In this document: positions 1 through 12,290 of the stretch, piece by piece
Numbering within the stretch: the first letter of the stretch is position 1
Layout: each line of letters begins with the position of its first letter
Origin: Ginkgo biloba
Lineage: Eukaryota > Plantae > Ginkgophyta
DNA: 23,396 nt
Assembly: GCA_024626585.2 (NCBI GenBank)
Contig: JANKJI020000002.1
Span: 94,609,105 to 94,632,500, forward strand
Direction: 5' to 3'
Program-made: the position numbers and the translations under genes
The notes under the pieces: generated by a model
Seen by the model: only the letters and a program-made list of their open reading frames with translations
What the model was told of the DNA's origin: nothing
Database searches by the model: none

Positions 1-99
1 GATGCCCATGTGGTCTATGCAAAGTTAAGTGGCAAAATGTAAAAAGATATAGAGCCATATTGAAGTGGACAATAGGTTGTGATTAATGATGATATATAA

Positions 100-2387
100 G
101 AGTGTGGTGGAGAAAAAAAATCTCTTTCTCATAATGATATAGATCAAGAAGTAACTTTTGGAAGCCATTTCTTATTCAAGTAGCAAAATAACCTGACCTC
201 AAACTCAATGAGCACTAGTTGGCCACAATGTAGCATCTACAAGCTTCATGCACTTTAGGGTGGTTACATAAAGATGTTGAACTTTCCATCACTAAGCAGT
301 GCAAGATAAAGTTTGCAATCACCTCTATTTTTATTGTCAAGGTGGTGTGTGATATGGTTCCTTGGTTGCTTACAGTGTTATTTTTAGAAACCTGCATTCT
401 GTGAGACCATGATGTAGAATATAATAAGTTGAATCAATATCGTTTGGTAAAGGACAAAAAGGGCTATGTCATCAATTCTAAGAACAATAAGGAATGAATA
501 TCCTTAGTGATAGTTGAAGAAGTTAAGAGGTTAGTGAATGCCTCACAATGATTTGTGTTGTTGATTCTTTTACCAAAACATAAAGTGAATCATCAAGTTC
601 ATAGATTGACTATTGAGGATTCAAAACAAGAAGAACAAATGGATTCCTTATTATCCCAATATGCAAGTACTATCCAATGACTAAGTTGTATACTTCCTTT
701 CAGGGACATACAAAATGGGATAGATTTGCATCAAGATGCAATCTTCCCACATGTAGTTATTTATAAGAGCACTATTCTTGAAAATCAAGAGACCAAGAAC
801 TAGTTTTAAGAATTGTTAGACAAGGGGAATGTTCAGTCCAATTCCTCTCCTTGTGAGTTATTGGCTTCTTTAGTGCCCAAGAAAGATGGGAGTTGGTGGA
901 TGAATGTGGATTATTGCATATCAAACAACATCAATAGTAATAAAAAGTACCCATTACCCAAGAGCAAAGACTTTTTGGCTCACCAAGTGAGAATCCATGA
1001 AAAGGATACTTCAAAAACATCATCTAACACTCAATAAAGATTGTACAAATAGTTAACGATGGCATTCATACTAAACAATGCATCCATACCTTTAATGTGG
1101 TTGATAAATGGAGTATTATGCCAATGTTTGGACTCTTTTTTCATAACTTATCTTAATGGAATTCTAATTTTTAGATAAACTTGGTAAGTGATCATCAAGC
1201 ATGTGGAGATCATGCTTGAGATACCTTGTCAACATCAACTTCAAGAAAATCTAAATAACTATTTACTTGTAATGAGGCCTATTATGTATTTGGCATAGTT
1301 GACAAAGATGGACTCCACATAAGTCTCAAGAAGACAAAGGCAATGGGTGAGTGGCCAACACTACAAAATCTTAGTGAGTGGAGGAGCTTCTTATGAATGA
1401 TAAATTTTCTTTAGAAGTTTATTTCCATATAATTCCAAAATATTTCTAGGTATATATCCACAATTTCTCTACATATGATAACGAGACGTACAACATTATG
1501 TAGGCAGTCATGTATTGGAAGAACTACATTTTGGGGAAGGAGACTATTACTCGTTCATACCAAAGACACTACAAATACCTTTAGTCATAGTCGAAGCTAC
1601 AAATAGTAAGAACTTGAGATGGTTATCACGTTTGCTACAACTTAATTTGATGATTCAGTATAAGAAGTGTACTCAATATTGCATAATTGATTTTCATTCC
1701 TAACATCCTATCTCTTCATTGAGTTCTCTGTTGAAGCTACATTCCTTTTCATTTCAAAAGTTCAAAGAAATGTATACTATTGTTAAAAACTTTTCAAGTA
1801 TAAGTTTGGCATTGAAAAACACACATTCAACTTACATAATTTTTGTAGACTTTCATTTGTCAATAGTCTGTTATTCCGTTTTGATATCATTTGCATGCTA
1901 AGTGGAAGGCAATTAATCAAAGAGGCTCACCATTTTAATGTCAAGGCACATGTTGGGATTCAAAATATCATGGCAAACATATAGAGATTCTTCTATTTGT
2001 AAAAAATGGTGTTTAATGCGGAGAGACTCATTGGATGATGCATAATTTATAACATCTTTAAGTTATCCAATAGGAAGTTGGGACTCTACATGCCTCTATT
2101 AGTGCCAACCAGACCATGGGAGATTGTTTCCATGGATTTAATAAAAGGTCTACCAATGATAATGAGGCAACATGATTACATACTTGTGGTTGTTAACATA
2201 TTAAACAAAATGGATGTTTGTATACCTTGCAAGAAGATAGTGAAACAACAACAAGCATCAATATTATACTCTACACATGTATGGATCCATTGTGGCCTTT
2301 CGACATCCATTATTTCAAACATGGATAAAAAAATTCTCAATTACTTTTGGACATAATGTGGTCCTTAATCAATACAAAATTGGATCA
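100..2387 (+). pseudogene. pol: Degenerate Ty3/gypsy (chromovirus, CRM-like) pol: protease - RT - partial RNase H - integrase
   Basis: Broken-frame translations give protease-region GWLHKDVELSITKQCKIKFAITS..VVCDMVP (~260-360) and RT N-terminus LLDKG.VQSNSSPC..LVPKKDGSWWMNVDY..KYPLP (813-960). The catalytic YxDD is decayed to YLNG (1149-1160). The integrase Zn finger EAHH..AHVG lies at ~1922-1960 and the core GLYMPLLVPTRPWEIVSMDLIKGLP..HCGLSTSIISNMD at 2078-2356. The order PR-RT-RH-INT defines Ty3/gypsy; CRM assignment is from recalled motif resemblance. Many stops and frameshifts. Confidence 0.93.
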
Positions 2388-2636
2388 TGTTGGAAAATTT
2401 AATGTTGTTAGTGGTCACATTAGTCATCATATGATCAAAAGGGGATGTTAGAAAAGTTAGTCGTTATGTTAGTTATAAGATAGTTAGCCTCTACAAAGTA
2501 TAAATAGAGGAGGTACATATTGTAAATACTATTTGAATATCAATAGGCATTTGTCTGTTGAATTGTGATTGTTGTTTCAGAGTTGAGGCTCATGCTAAAG
2601 ATCTGAGATTATGTTGCTCAATTAAATATTTTAACA
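2388..2636 (+). mobile_element. Probable LTR nested in the integrase of the upstream element
   Basis: Integrase similarity (..FWTxMWSLINTKL) ends abruptly at TGTTGGAAAA (2388). TATAAATA lies at 2499-2506 and the segment ends TTTTAACA (2636), followed by a weak PBS-like TGACATCATAAG (7/12 to TGGTATCAGAGC). An alternative start is TGTTAGAAAA at 2446, after the purine tract AAAAGGGGA. Confidence 0.45.
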
Positions 2637-2926
2637 AGTGACATCATAAGGAATGGTATAAGTGATTATATTCTAAGGATCATCAGGGTCTACAAAATTC
2701 CCATTATGAACTTGTTATGTAAAAATCGGACACATAACCATAAATCTTGCTCCAGAAGATGAAAAATGCAAAGTAACAGAATAATACACGAAATATATCC
2801 ACAAAGTATCCAATATCCACGTCACANNNNNNNNNNNNNNNNNNNNNNNNNNNNNNNNNNNNNNNNNNNNNNNNNNNNNNNNNNNNNNNNNNNNNNNNNN
2901 NNNNNNNNNNNNNNNNNNNNNNNNNN

Positions 2927-3178
2927 CCTCCTTTGACCTTTGAGACCTATATATAGGCCATTGTTGGTTCATTTCTAACATCATCTCATATCACATAAAT
3001 ATATTTTCTACTTCCTTCTTCTCAGAAGAAGAAGACTATTCTACATTGGGTAGAAGGTGTCCCACAAATCTCTCCAACTTATAATATTTAACATTATTTA
3101 ATTATAAAATATATTTTATATCATTAAATTATTAAATTTATTAATGGTATTTAGTAGTTTCGTATTTGGGGCACTACA
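2927..3178 (-). mobile_element. 5' part of a Ty3/gypsy-type LTR, truncated by the gap
   Basis: The minus strand begins TGTAGTGCCCCAAA at 3178, followed by an AT-rich U3-like tract and a TATA box CTATATATAG at ~2947-2956. Confidence 0.5.
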
Positions 3179-3640
3179 AATTGACATCTTCAACAACTTC
3201 TAGTTCTCTTGATTACTAAAGGATCATTTCCTAATATTGTACGAGGTAATCCTTCATTTATCTAATATTAATCTTATAGTCATCCAATTTTTGGGTGTCT
3301 ACTTTGTATGCTCCTTCGTGCATATTTTTTATACCTTGAAGTGTTAATTTTTTAGGAACCTTAATGTGAATCTTAAAAAATAAACACAATTCCAACACTA
3401 CTGAAGAAATTAGATTATAAAGTAATAACTCAAATTGCTTATGCCCACTTCGAGGGTTGAAACCTTGCAAGTTTAAAAGTACAATAATAAGAAGAATAAT
3501 GCCTCCTATTCGCTAATAAGTAGAATATTTAGAAGAGAATACCCTTACATGTGTGACATATGTCTTCCATGCATAAAGTTTATAATTATAGAAGAAGGTA
3601 AGAGAGAGAGAGATTACTAATAAGAGAAGAATGAGATATG

Positions 3641-3723
3641 ATACTACTAGGGTACAATCCATTACATTATTCCCCCTTTGGGTATACTACTAGGGTATGG
3701 TCCCTTATATTATTCCCCCTTTG
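3641..3723 (-). repeat. Tandem duplication (43-bp period) of a PPT/LTR-start junction
   Basis: 3641-3680 and 3684-3723 are 35/40 identical. On the minus strand each reads CAAAGGGGGAATAA followed by TGTAATGG (copy 1) or TATAAGGG (copy 2), i.e. a polypurine tract plus an LTR TG start at 3666. Confidence 0.7.
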
Positions 3724-3897
3724 CGTTCACTACATCAAATCATCCTAGTTCAATAGGCACTACATGAATGTCACTCTTCTACATACAAGAGTTTCTATAG
3801 ACTATAATCCTACTACTAAATATTTCCAATTTCATTTTCAAGTCTATCCAAATCCCCCTTATATGATAGGATGATTTTCTCCTTTCTATGGACCATA

Positions 3898-4322
3898 TGT
3901 TGGGGATGATATTTTCTCTTAATGAATTAATTATATTATTATGTGTATCCAATTAGCATATAGGGAAAAGTAATCAATATAGTAGATAATATTTTAGGTT
4001 AGTGTTAAATGTGGCATGAGGTCTTAGTTATGGCATAATATTTTAACTCTAAAATATTATAATAGGATTGGTCAGATATGGTAAGATATAGTTGGATGTA
4101 GCATTCTATAAATTTAGGCTTAATGCATAAGCAATGTATTATTGCACTCAAAATTCCTCTTATATTCTCTATGTTATTTTGTTTGAGTTCATTGTGTGTG
4201 ATATTCTTGAGAGTTTACATATTGTCAATTCATGTGTGAATGAGATTGTGAGAGTTTCATGTTGTCAGCATATTCTTAAAAATCAAATATATGAGTGATC
4301 TATTGGAAAACAATTTTCAATA
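3898..4322 (+). mobile_element. 5' LTR (425 bp) of an LTR retrotransposon
   Basis: Starts TGTTG (3898) and ends CAATA (4318-4322, CAACA with a C>T change). Internal CTATAAAT at ~4106-4113; directly abuts a perfect PBS. Confidence 0.8.
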
Positions 4323-4335
4323 TGGTATCAGAGCC
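4323..4335 (+). promoter_or_regulatory. Primer-binding site complementary to tRNA-iMet 3' end
   Basis: TGGTATCAGAGCC, the canonical plant LTR-retrotransposon PBS. Confidence 0.92.
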
Positions 4336-5759
4336 CAAGTTCTAACCATATTGAGTTGAGAGTTGTGTTTATGAAGCTAAAAACAAAATTGTGAAGCTGT
4401 TGAAGGCGTGAACAAAGGAGGATTATATTAGAGACTAAAAGTTGTAGATATTCAGATGATTTAATAGAGGTTTCTTAAGAGGAAGTATAAAGAATTGATT
4501 GATACGAGGAGATCGTAGGAGAGTGTTATAGAGTTTGGAAGGTGTTATTATCATTCTAAGTTGAGATTGTGAAGAGATCCTCCATTTCAAGAGGGCAACA
4601 CAGACTGAACAAATCATGTATCCATCCCTACTTACTACTATTGTTGCCTCCAAATTAATCTTATTGCAAACTTCTAGTGAATTGCCCGACCTCTAGTGTT
4701 TCCCACAAATCACCCACAAGTTCCCTTAGCCATGCAGAGTTGCGCAACCTGTCAGTTGCCTCTATTTCCAAAATTAATGTCAAAGTTATAACTTTGACTT
4801 GTGACAATTCTATTTTCACAATTTGTTGCGGGTGCATTTAATATTCAATCCTTTTTTTTGTAAATTTGAAAATAATAAAAAAAATATAGTAAAATACGCC
4901 CATAATAAAGATTTTCTTTTTTCTGTTGTACACACATTTGTCGTGANNNNNNNNNNNNNNNNNNNNNNNNNNNNNNNNNNNNNNNNNNNNNNNNNNNNNN
5001 NNNNNNNNNNNNNNNNNNNNNNNNNNNNNNNNNNNNNNNNNNNNNNTTACTATAAGTGGTGTTAAAACCATGATTTGAGTCCCTATTTAAGGATAACTTG
5101 AAATCATCAAATTTAGAATCATAAATATTAATATTTTTTCAATCTTCTACAACCTATAAGGAAGCACATCAATATGGTAAATTTTTAGGAAATCCATCAT
5201 ATTTTTATTCCCAAATCTCACAATAAATGTATATAAAATTGACCTCAATTCTAACTCGTTCAAAGTTACTTAAAATGTTTTCATATAAAATTGAAAGTTT
5301 TGAAAGAAATAATCGAATAAATATTGATTTCATCTTGTTGACCTAAAAGGTACTCATCAAAGAACATAGAATTTAAGAAAAAAAATCTTCGTTTCGATTT
5401 TGTTTAATGCTTATTTTAATAGGTTTTAAAACTATTTTATAGGATGCAACTGTAATCACAATTTTTTCGTAGTAAACTTAACAATTTTTTAAATATTTTT
5501 CTTAATAGAAAAATAAAAAATTCTCTTGCCTAAAATTTATAAAAGGAATGTGAAAATTTGGCATTTGTATGATCATATAACTATTCCCAAAAAGTAACAA
5601 ATTTTATAAAGTCATTTCCAGGGAATTTTCTAGTGTCTAACTAAAAGGAAGGTATTTTCCATTTTGTTGAAGTGATTTAAGATTGTTTTTATAGATTTAA
5701 GGATTTCATTTTTTGAAAGTCAAAATATAAACAAAATTTCCCTAATTTAGGTATCAATA

Positions 5760-7800
5760 TCTCCCATAATGTTGAAATTGGCTAGTATTGCAATTCTAAT
5801 TCCAAGGTCCCAATTCAAGAAGTGAGTTTTTGGCTATAGGCATGAGCATTTCTTAAGAAATTTTGCATATTCATGTAAATTAAATTTCACCATCTATTAT
5901 TCATATAAAGAAAATAAAATTTAGTTGCCCCATGACTATGTCATAACTTACAAAAGGTAATCCATTCTAGAATAGTGATTATGTTTTCACAAATTGTGAT
6001 ATAGAGTAAATCGAAATGTCTATTAGTGTCTAGTGGGATAATGGACTCATATGTCATTTTGCATAGATTAGTATTTAGAAGCATACTTTATCTTACAACC
6101 TATGGAAAATGAAGGAAATTTAATTTTGTTTATCTCTACTTAGAGAGCTACGTCATACACAAATGGTATACAAAGTGGAACAACGCTACAGTTTGGCTCA
6201 TGGAATACATTCCATATTTTTCTAATGAGAATTGTAAAAAATATGCAAATCCATGATAATCATAAACTTTGGTAGATTAAAATCATCTATTATGTACATT
6301 AAAAGTCATAACATCAATCCCAACGAACAAAATTATTGCATTATATGATTATAAAACTTTGATTATAGACCAAAAGTAAAGAGAATAACAAATGAACTAT
6401 GGCAGGATGATTTTAGCCAATAGTCAAATGAATTGAACAAATCCACATGAAGACAAAAAGATACCCTCTCTCCAAAAATATGATTTATGTATAAATTTAG
6501 ACATTTATAGAGATTAATTTTAGTATAATCAAAAAGTATACATTGAGATATTTTTGGCGATATTTTTTTTTCAAAAAATGGTATTTGGANNNNNNNNNNN
6601 NNNNNNNNNNNNNNNNNNNNNNNNNNNNNNNNNNNNNNNNNNNNNNNNNNNNNNNNNNNNNNNNNNNNNNNNNNNNNNNNNNNNNNNNNTACATTTCATA
6701 TTTTTTTAATGAGAATTTCTAAAACTATGCAAATCCATAATAAACATAAACTTTGGTGGATTAAAATCATATATTATGTACCTTAAAAGTCATCACATCA
6801 ATCCCAACGAACAAAATGATTACATTATTTATAATTGGTTTTCAATATACTAGCATGATTATAAAACTTTGATTGTAGACCAAAAGTAAAGAGAATAACA
6901 AATGAACTATGGCAGGTTGATGTTAGCCAATAGTCAAATGAACTAAACANNNNNNNNNNNNNNNNNNNNTAAACAAATCCCCAAATCCACAAGAAGACTT
7001 ATAAAAAATTCCCAAGAAAGAGAAGAAAGAAATATAATATCAAGTTAGACAAGAAGATGATGATGATGATGATGACAATGAAAATAAGAAAAAAATCAAA
7101 TGATTATCATGATGAAGAGAAAGAAGTAGGTAAAGAAGATGACATAGAAATTAGACTTGGAGAAAACAAAGAAGAGGAAGTTGTATAAGAAAATAACAAA
7201 CAAAATAATGATGAACCACTTAAACTAACAACTTAAATGGTAATAGAGGAGACCATTAAGGTAAAATCAGGTAATGATGCACTATGGGAAGGAATTCTCT
7301 TGAGGAAATAATAGCAACCACCCCTTTATCTCCAAAGGAACTAGAGACATTAAAAATTGAATCCAACATATCAGAGGACAATACTATAATCCTCATTGAA
7401 TCAAAGAGTTACACACAACATTATAAACATCAACATCGTTAGACATATCTAGTTATTTCTATTGCCAATTTGATAAGTTCAAACCAAGGCAAGTGACCAA
7501 ACTATTCCATTTGAGAAAACTATAAAGACAAAATCTTACTTCATATTTATATGAAATTCATGTTGAAGGAATGCAAGTTTTATTTAAATATCAATATCTA
7601 CAAAAATTGAGAACCACTTCTATAAACGTTACAAAGATGTACCATATCAAAGATGGAACCAATTATATGAACTTTCCAAAGATGTGCTATGAGAAGAAGG
7701 ATAAACTTGAAAGGAATAAAACCATAAGGACTAATATGTGCCATATTCCATCAAACGTATCTCAAGAAGGTAAGAGGATAAGAATATTGAGCTAAAAACC
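5760..7800 (+). pseudogene. Degenerate coding-like region of unknown family, probably a retrotransposon accessory ORF (spans two gaps)
   Basis: Purine-rich + strand with peptide-like fragments SQFKK*VFGY (~5808), YRPKVKRITNELWQDDFSQ (~6364) and an acidic/basic linker with (GAT)6 at 7056-7073. The stretch ~7210-7318 is homologous to the reverse complement of 22108-22210 and 22823-22910. No gag/pol motifs. Boundaries approximate. Confidence 0.4.
6206..6998 (+). repeat. About 250-bp direct repeat on both sides of the 6590-6689 gap
   Basis: 6206-~6455 aligns with 6690-~6998, e.g. the shared AGACCAAAAGTAAAGAGAATAACAAATGAACTATGGCAGG. There are scattered substitutions and a ~25-bp extra segment in copy 2 (~6829-6854). 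Confidence 0.9.
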
Positions 7801-8599
7801 TTAATGTGTCCAATAGGACGATGTTATTATCTAGGTATCTAATCAATATACTACTAGGTAACCCAAGGGGTGAGGGAGGAGTTCAATTAAATGAAATTTT
7901 TTCCAAGGGAGGTATCAAAATTAGGTGAAGTGAGAGGGTATATATTTGATTTGACCTAGGGGCAATCTATTTTAAAGATGTTTCAAATCTTGTTGGAAAT
8001 TTTGGAAGTTTATTAGAGGCTATCCATGGGATAAAGAGGCACTCAATGCCACATTATGAAAAATTAGAAGACTTAAAGAGGCTTGAGTCATTCCCACCTC
8101 TCATTTTATCCTTATAATATTTGAAACTCTACTCCAAAATGTCACTTCATGATGTAATGTGTATGGTACTTAGTAGAAACATGTGCATGCAAAATGATGA
8201 AATATCATTTTCTCTCTTGATGGAGGCTTTTTAAGATCATATAGATAACTTATTATTTATGGTTGTTGCAACTCAAGTCAATGTTAATCTCAATTATATA
8301 TTATTTCCTTTAAATATCATCTCTAAACTCATATATATAAATGAAACTTTACCTTAAAAAAAAAAAAATATCAATTAAGAAAAAAAAATCCCATTTAACA
8401 TTGTNNNNNNNNNNNNNNNNNNNNNNNNNNNNNNNNNNNNNNNNNNNNNNNNNNNNNNNNNNNNNNNNNNNNNNNNNNNNNNNNNNNNNNNNNNNNNNNN
8501 NNNNTGTGATGGACTTTCAAATATTCCTTGAAATTTTCTTTCTCAATAAGTTCTTCAAAGTCTTTCTTGGAGATTTTCCCTCAAAACAAGCACTTCAAA

Positions 8600-9770
8600 T
8601 GAAATTCAAATTTTCAAAATTCCTTGTTTTCTAAAAAATTATGAAGAAGCCCCAAAGCTAGAGAACTAACCTCAAATATTGGGTGACTACATTTTGGATA
8701 TGGATCCTTTGGCCGTGATAGGCAATTTTTTGGATTATTTATGAATCCCAAAGGTTTGCAATCCCATGTCAACGTTAAGTAGAAGCCTCTAATAAAAGAT
8801 GAGATCAAACATCCTTGATAGGAAAAGGTTTCTTTATGGTAGTTTTCACTAAGGAAGAAGACATGATTTTTTTTCCTAACAATGGGCCATGGTTCATGGC
8901 CAGGATTGGAATCTATTTAAGGTATTGAACTCCAAGTTCTGAGCCTCAAGAGGAATCACCTACTACAATTCCAGTTTGGGTAAAGATGCCATTTCTCCCA
9001 ATAGAGTTTTGGGATTTAAAATACTAGAAGGGATAGGAAATGCATTAGGGCATTTTGTGAGTGTTTTTTAACACACCAAAAAAAACATCTCATATTTGAT
9101 TATTGTAATGATTTGTGTGGAGGTTGATATGGAGAAAGGCCTCCCTAAAGCAATCAAACTAAATCTCTCAAACACTACCCATGTTCATATTTTATATTAT
9201 GATAAGATCTTATTCAAGTGTGGTTTTTGTCATGACCAGGGCCATTTTGGAAGAAACTATCCAAAGAAAATCCAAATCCCAAGAGAGGAAGATGGTTTCC
9301 AACAAATAAAACAAAAGTGTATTAGTCATAAGTCTAGACCCAACCTAAAAAAGGAGGCAAAGAGTACATTGTCAAATAGATTTCATGCTCTAAGTCAAGA
9401 AGAGACTCAAAATGAAGTGCAAGTGTTATTGGACTCTCCACCAAAGCAACTCAGGGAGAAAAAGATGATTGAGAACCTAATCCAATTAGGGGGAGCGAAA
9501 CCTCTAAGTGACGAAGAAGAGAGTATGAATTGAGACGAAGAATATAAGATGACTAAAGAAGATTCAAACAAAGTTGTGGGCTCCAACCCACCATCAGATT
9601 TGGCAATGACCAAGCACAAGAAAAATATGAATTCAAGTAAAAAATCCATGACAAAAATCCAACAGTGGTGACCACCTAGAACAAATTGCAAGATGAGGTC
9701 AATTCAAGCAAACAATACCAACTTTATTTCTCTAGATCAATTCCTAGGTCTAGTGAAAAAATACACTTGA
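8600..9770 (+). pseudogene. L1-clade LINE ORF1 (DUF4283 + zinc knuckle), degenerate
   Basis: GKGFFMVVFTKEED..NGPWFM..IYLRY*TPS..PVWVKMPFLPIEFWD..GIGNALG (8820-9055) is the DUF4283 signature. ICVEVDMEKGLP..FKCGFCHDQGHFGRNY is a CX2CX4HX4C knuckle with the last C>Y. The same-frame tail ISLDQFLGLVKKYT* ends at 9770. Start approximate. Confidence 0.88.
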
Positions 9771-9771
9771 C

Positions 9772-9873
9772 ATGAAGATTACATCAAGGAATGTAAGGGG
9801 TTCAAGCTCTTCCCCAAGAAAAAGAATTGTGAGAAGAAAGATTACAAAAATTAATACAATAATTTTTTTAACA
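9772..9873 (+). pseudogene. LINE ORF2 N-terminus (APE-type endonuclease), cut by the gap
   Basis: MKITSRNVRGSSSSPRKRIVRRKI..IIFL matches the plant L1 ORF2 start consensus MKIxSWNVRG..K..V..I..xIxxLQETK and lies directly after ORF1. Confidence 0.85.
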
Positions 9874-11537
9874 NNNNNNNNNNNNNNNNNNNNNNNNNNN
9901 NNNNNNNNNNNNNNNNNNNNNNNNNNNNNNNNNNNNNNNNNNNNNNNNNNNNNNNNNNNNNNNNNNNNNNNNNATAGCATAGACCCATTTAATGACAAAG
10001 AATGATAAGACGTAGCGATCTCTAATTCACAATAGTGGAGAGTAGAAGACACAAGGCTCAAAGGATTCCTATGCCTGTTGGCCCATTCTTATTATCTGAA
10101 GATACTCATGTGATGCAAGTTGTTGAGTGCTCTATGGTATATATTACTTTCATGACAAGAAATAATGCACAAGGTTAATCTGTACATCTGATATATAAAG
10201 ACANNNNNNNNNNNNNNNNNNNNNNNNNNGAAAGTTTTGCATGGGTGCAAGCTACCTACAAAATGGCATATCCCTCTCACTACTTGATGGTGGTCATGTG
10301 ATAAAGGTGAAGTGTCTACTTGTGTATGATCCTATAAGGGAAAGGCATATGGAATGTCTTAAGGTACAATAAATTTGATACTAAGATCAATTAATTATAA
10401 GGATAAAACATCCTTTACTAACATGTGATCACATGGATGAGAATCCATAGGTGTTGAAGTAGTAGATCCTAATAAAGGACTCATGTCTTGTTAAAATTAG
10501 ATACCTGTAGATGAGTTGGTATGCAACCTCCTAAACTGCATATCTATAATGTGATTATATTAATTTCATTATTTAAAAAAAAAAGGAATTATGTCCTGTG
10601 TTTGATGATAAGATAAAATGGTATGTTGCTTAAGGAGTGAAAAGATAACATGTTGGTCCTTTACCTTTCAAAGATGAGTGCAAATGACCTACATTTCCCT
10701 AAAATTAGGAGGTCAATGGGTGATCCTTTCTCCTACCTCTCTTAAGTGATTCTTGTAAGGTGACATCTAGATGTTGCAAAAAGCCTTAAATTTCATCCTC
10801 AAGCCACCATGCTTCTTTTGTATCTTTCTTTATATATCATCTTCCCACCTTCTAAAGTCTAGAAATTTGAGAACAAGATATTCAATATGTGTGAAAGAAT
10901 TTCTTGTTGGTTTTTGTAACTATATTAGTGAACCTCGCTACTTATCTTTGATTCTAGGGTGATGTGGGTAGATGATAGATGTATATGAAAAGAATTATAA
11001 CAATATTGGAGTAACATAAAAATCACTTTTTTCTTGAAAATACAAATAAGCCAGCCAAAGAAAAATATTGAGATTAGAGGAATATTTATCCACAAAGGAA
11101 ATTACAACCCTAGTACTAAATTAAAGCATGCAAGTATCACCTTCAAAGGTTATGAAAAACCAAGGACAAAACGGGGAGTCAATTTTGGGGTTATGTCTCC
11201 TCTATTATAGAAATTTTTCCTAACTCCAAATATATCTTGTCCCATTTTTATACATTTTACATTAAAATCATCAAAAAAACATATATTTTCTTATTATGCA
11301 AGTCCTAGAAATTTTTGGTCATAGACTTTTAATAATCCCTTCCCCCAAAAGGCATAAATCTATATGCAATGGTTCACCAAAGCATTAACATCATTGAAGC
11401 ATCAGATGACAAACTAGTTATGTTAAACACTTTACCAATAATATAATGCCCAATTCTTGTTCTATTATCTAGGTAAATATAGCAAATGGCCTTGTCTTGG
11501 CACTATGTCTATTTATTGAAGTTTTAGGGTTTAAAAC

Positions 11538-12290
11538 TGATGCAATCCTTTAGGGGTTCCTCGTGAACAATCAAAGGCTTGACTTAGAGAGGGGGATTCA
11601 TAAGGTAAATCCCTGCTAAAGGCACTCGAGAGGTTACAAAAGCCTCAAACGTGTGTCACGGACTGGATCTTCGAGGGAGGATCCAAATGAGATTGGAAGC
11701 CCAATCCAAGTGTGTGGGTGAAATGCAAGTGAGTGATATTTATGTTTCCTAAAATGATATTCAATTAGGAAATAAAAGGAAATAATGATATAAACACCCC
11801 CCACCCACTAGTTTCTTATGAAAAAAAGAAAGAAGATCCTCCTAATATCAGGAAGATACCCTTTAAAATGGTGGATTATTATACTAGAAATTAAGAGGTT
11901 TGTAACTTGGGTTAGAGGGGATTTGTACCTCACATGACTGAAATTGGTGGTTAAAATCCATGTCATGATATTCAGCCATAGGTACAAAAGGAATTAATCA
12001 TATTTCAGACCTAATATCTATGGATTGGTAAGAGATGGATGTCCCATAACTTCTATGGGTATATAGGGTCAAATGATCCTAATGAGTAACTAGAAATAAA
12101 GGATAATAACTCCTAATTCTTTAACATTTCTCTTTCTTTAGTTATTTAATAAGATAATAAATCAGATTTCTTTTCTCTTTTCATATCTAAAATAAAATGA
12201 AAAAGGAAAGAAAATAAATTAGGATCACTTACACATATAATTTAGAAAGGTGAGAGACTATGATCTACTTGATCATCCTCTACACCTCCT
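11538..12290. mobile_element. Possible LTR fragment
   Basis: Begins TGATGCAATC with a GC-richer R/U5-like block (11540-11740), then AT-rich sequence up to the gap. No PBS, PPT or partner LTR seen. Confidence 0.25.

Noticed and set aside
3601-3612. (AG)6 microsatellite; also poly-T at ~19457-19472 and poly-A at ~8356-8368
   Set aside because: Short, ordinary simple repeats with no linked SINE/LINE 3' end or TSD evident.
4323-4335. tRNA gene
   Set aside because: Only the 12-13 nt complement of the tRNA-iMet 3' end is present (a PBS); there is no cloverleaf.
7860-8404. AAGGGGTGAGGGAGGAG as a PPT followed by a 3' LTR
   Set aside because: No TG terminus directly follows, and there is no partner LTR in the window.
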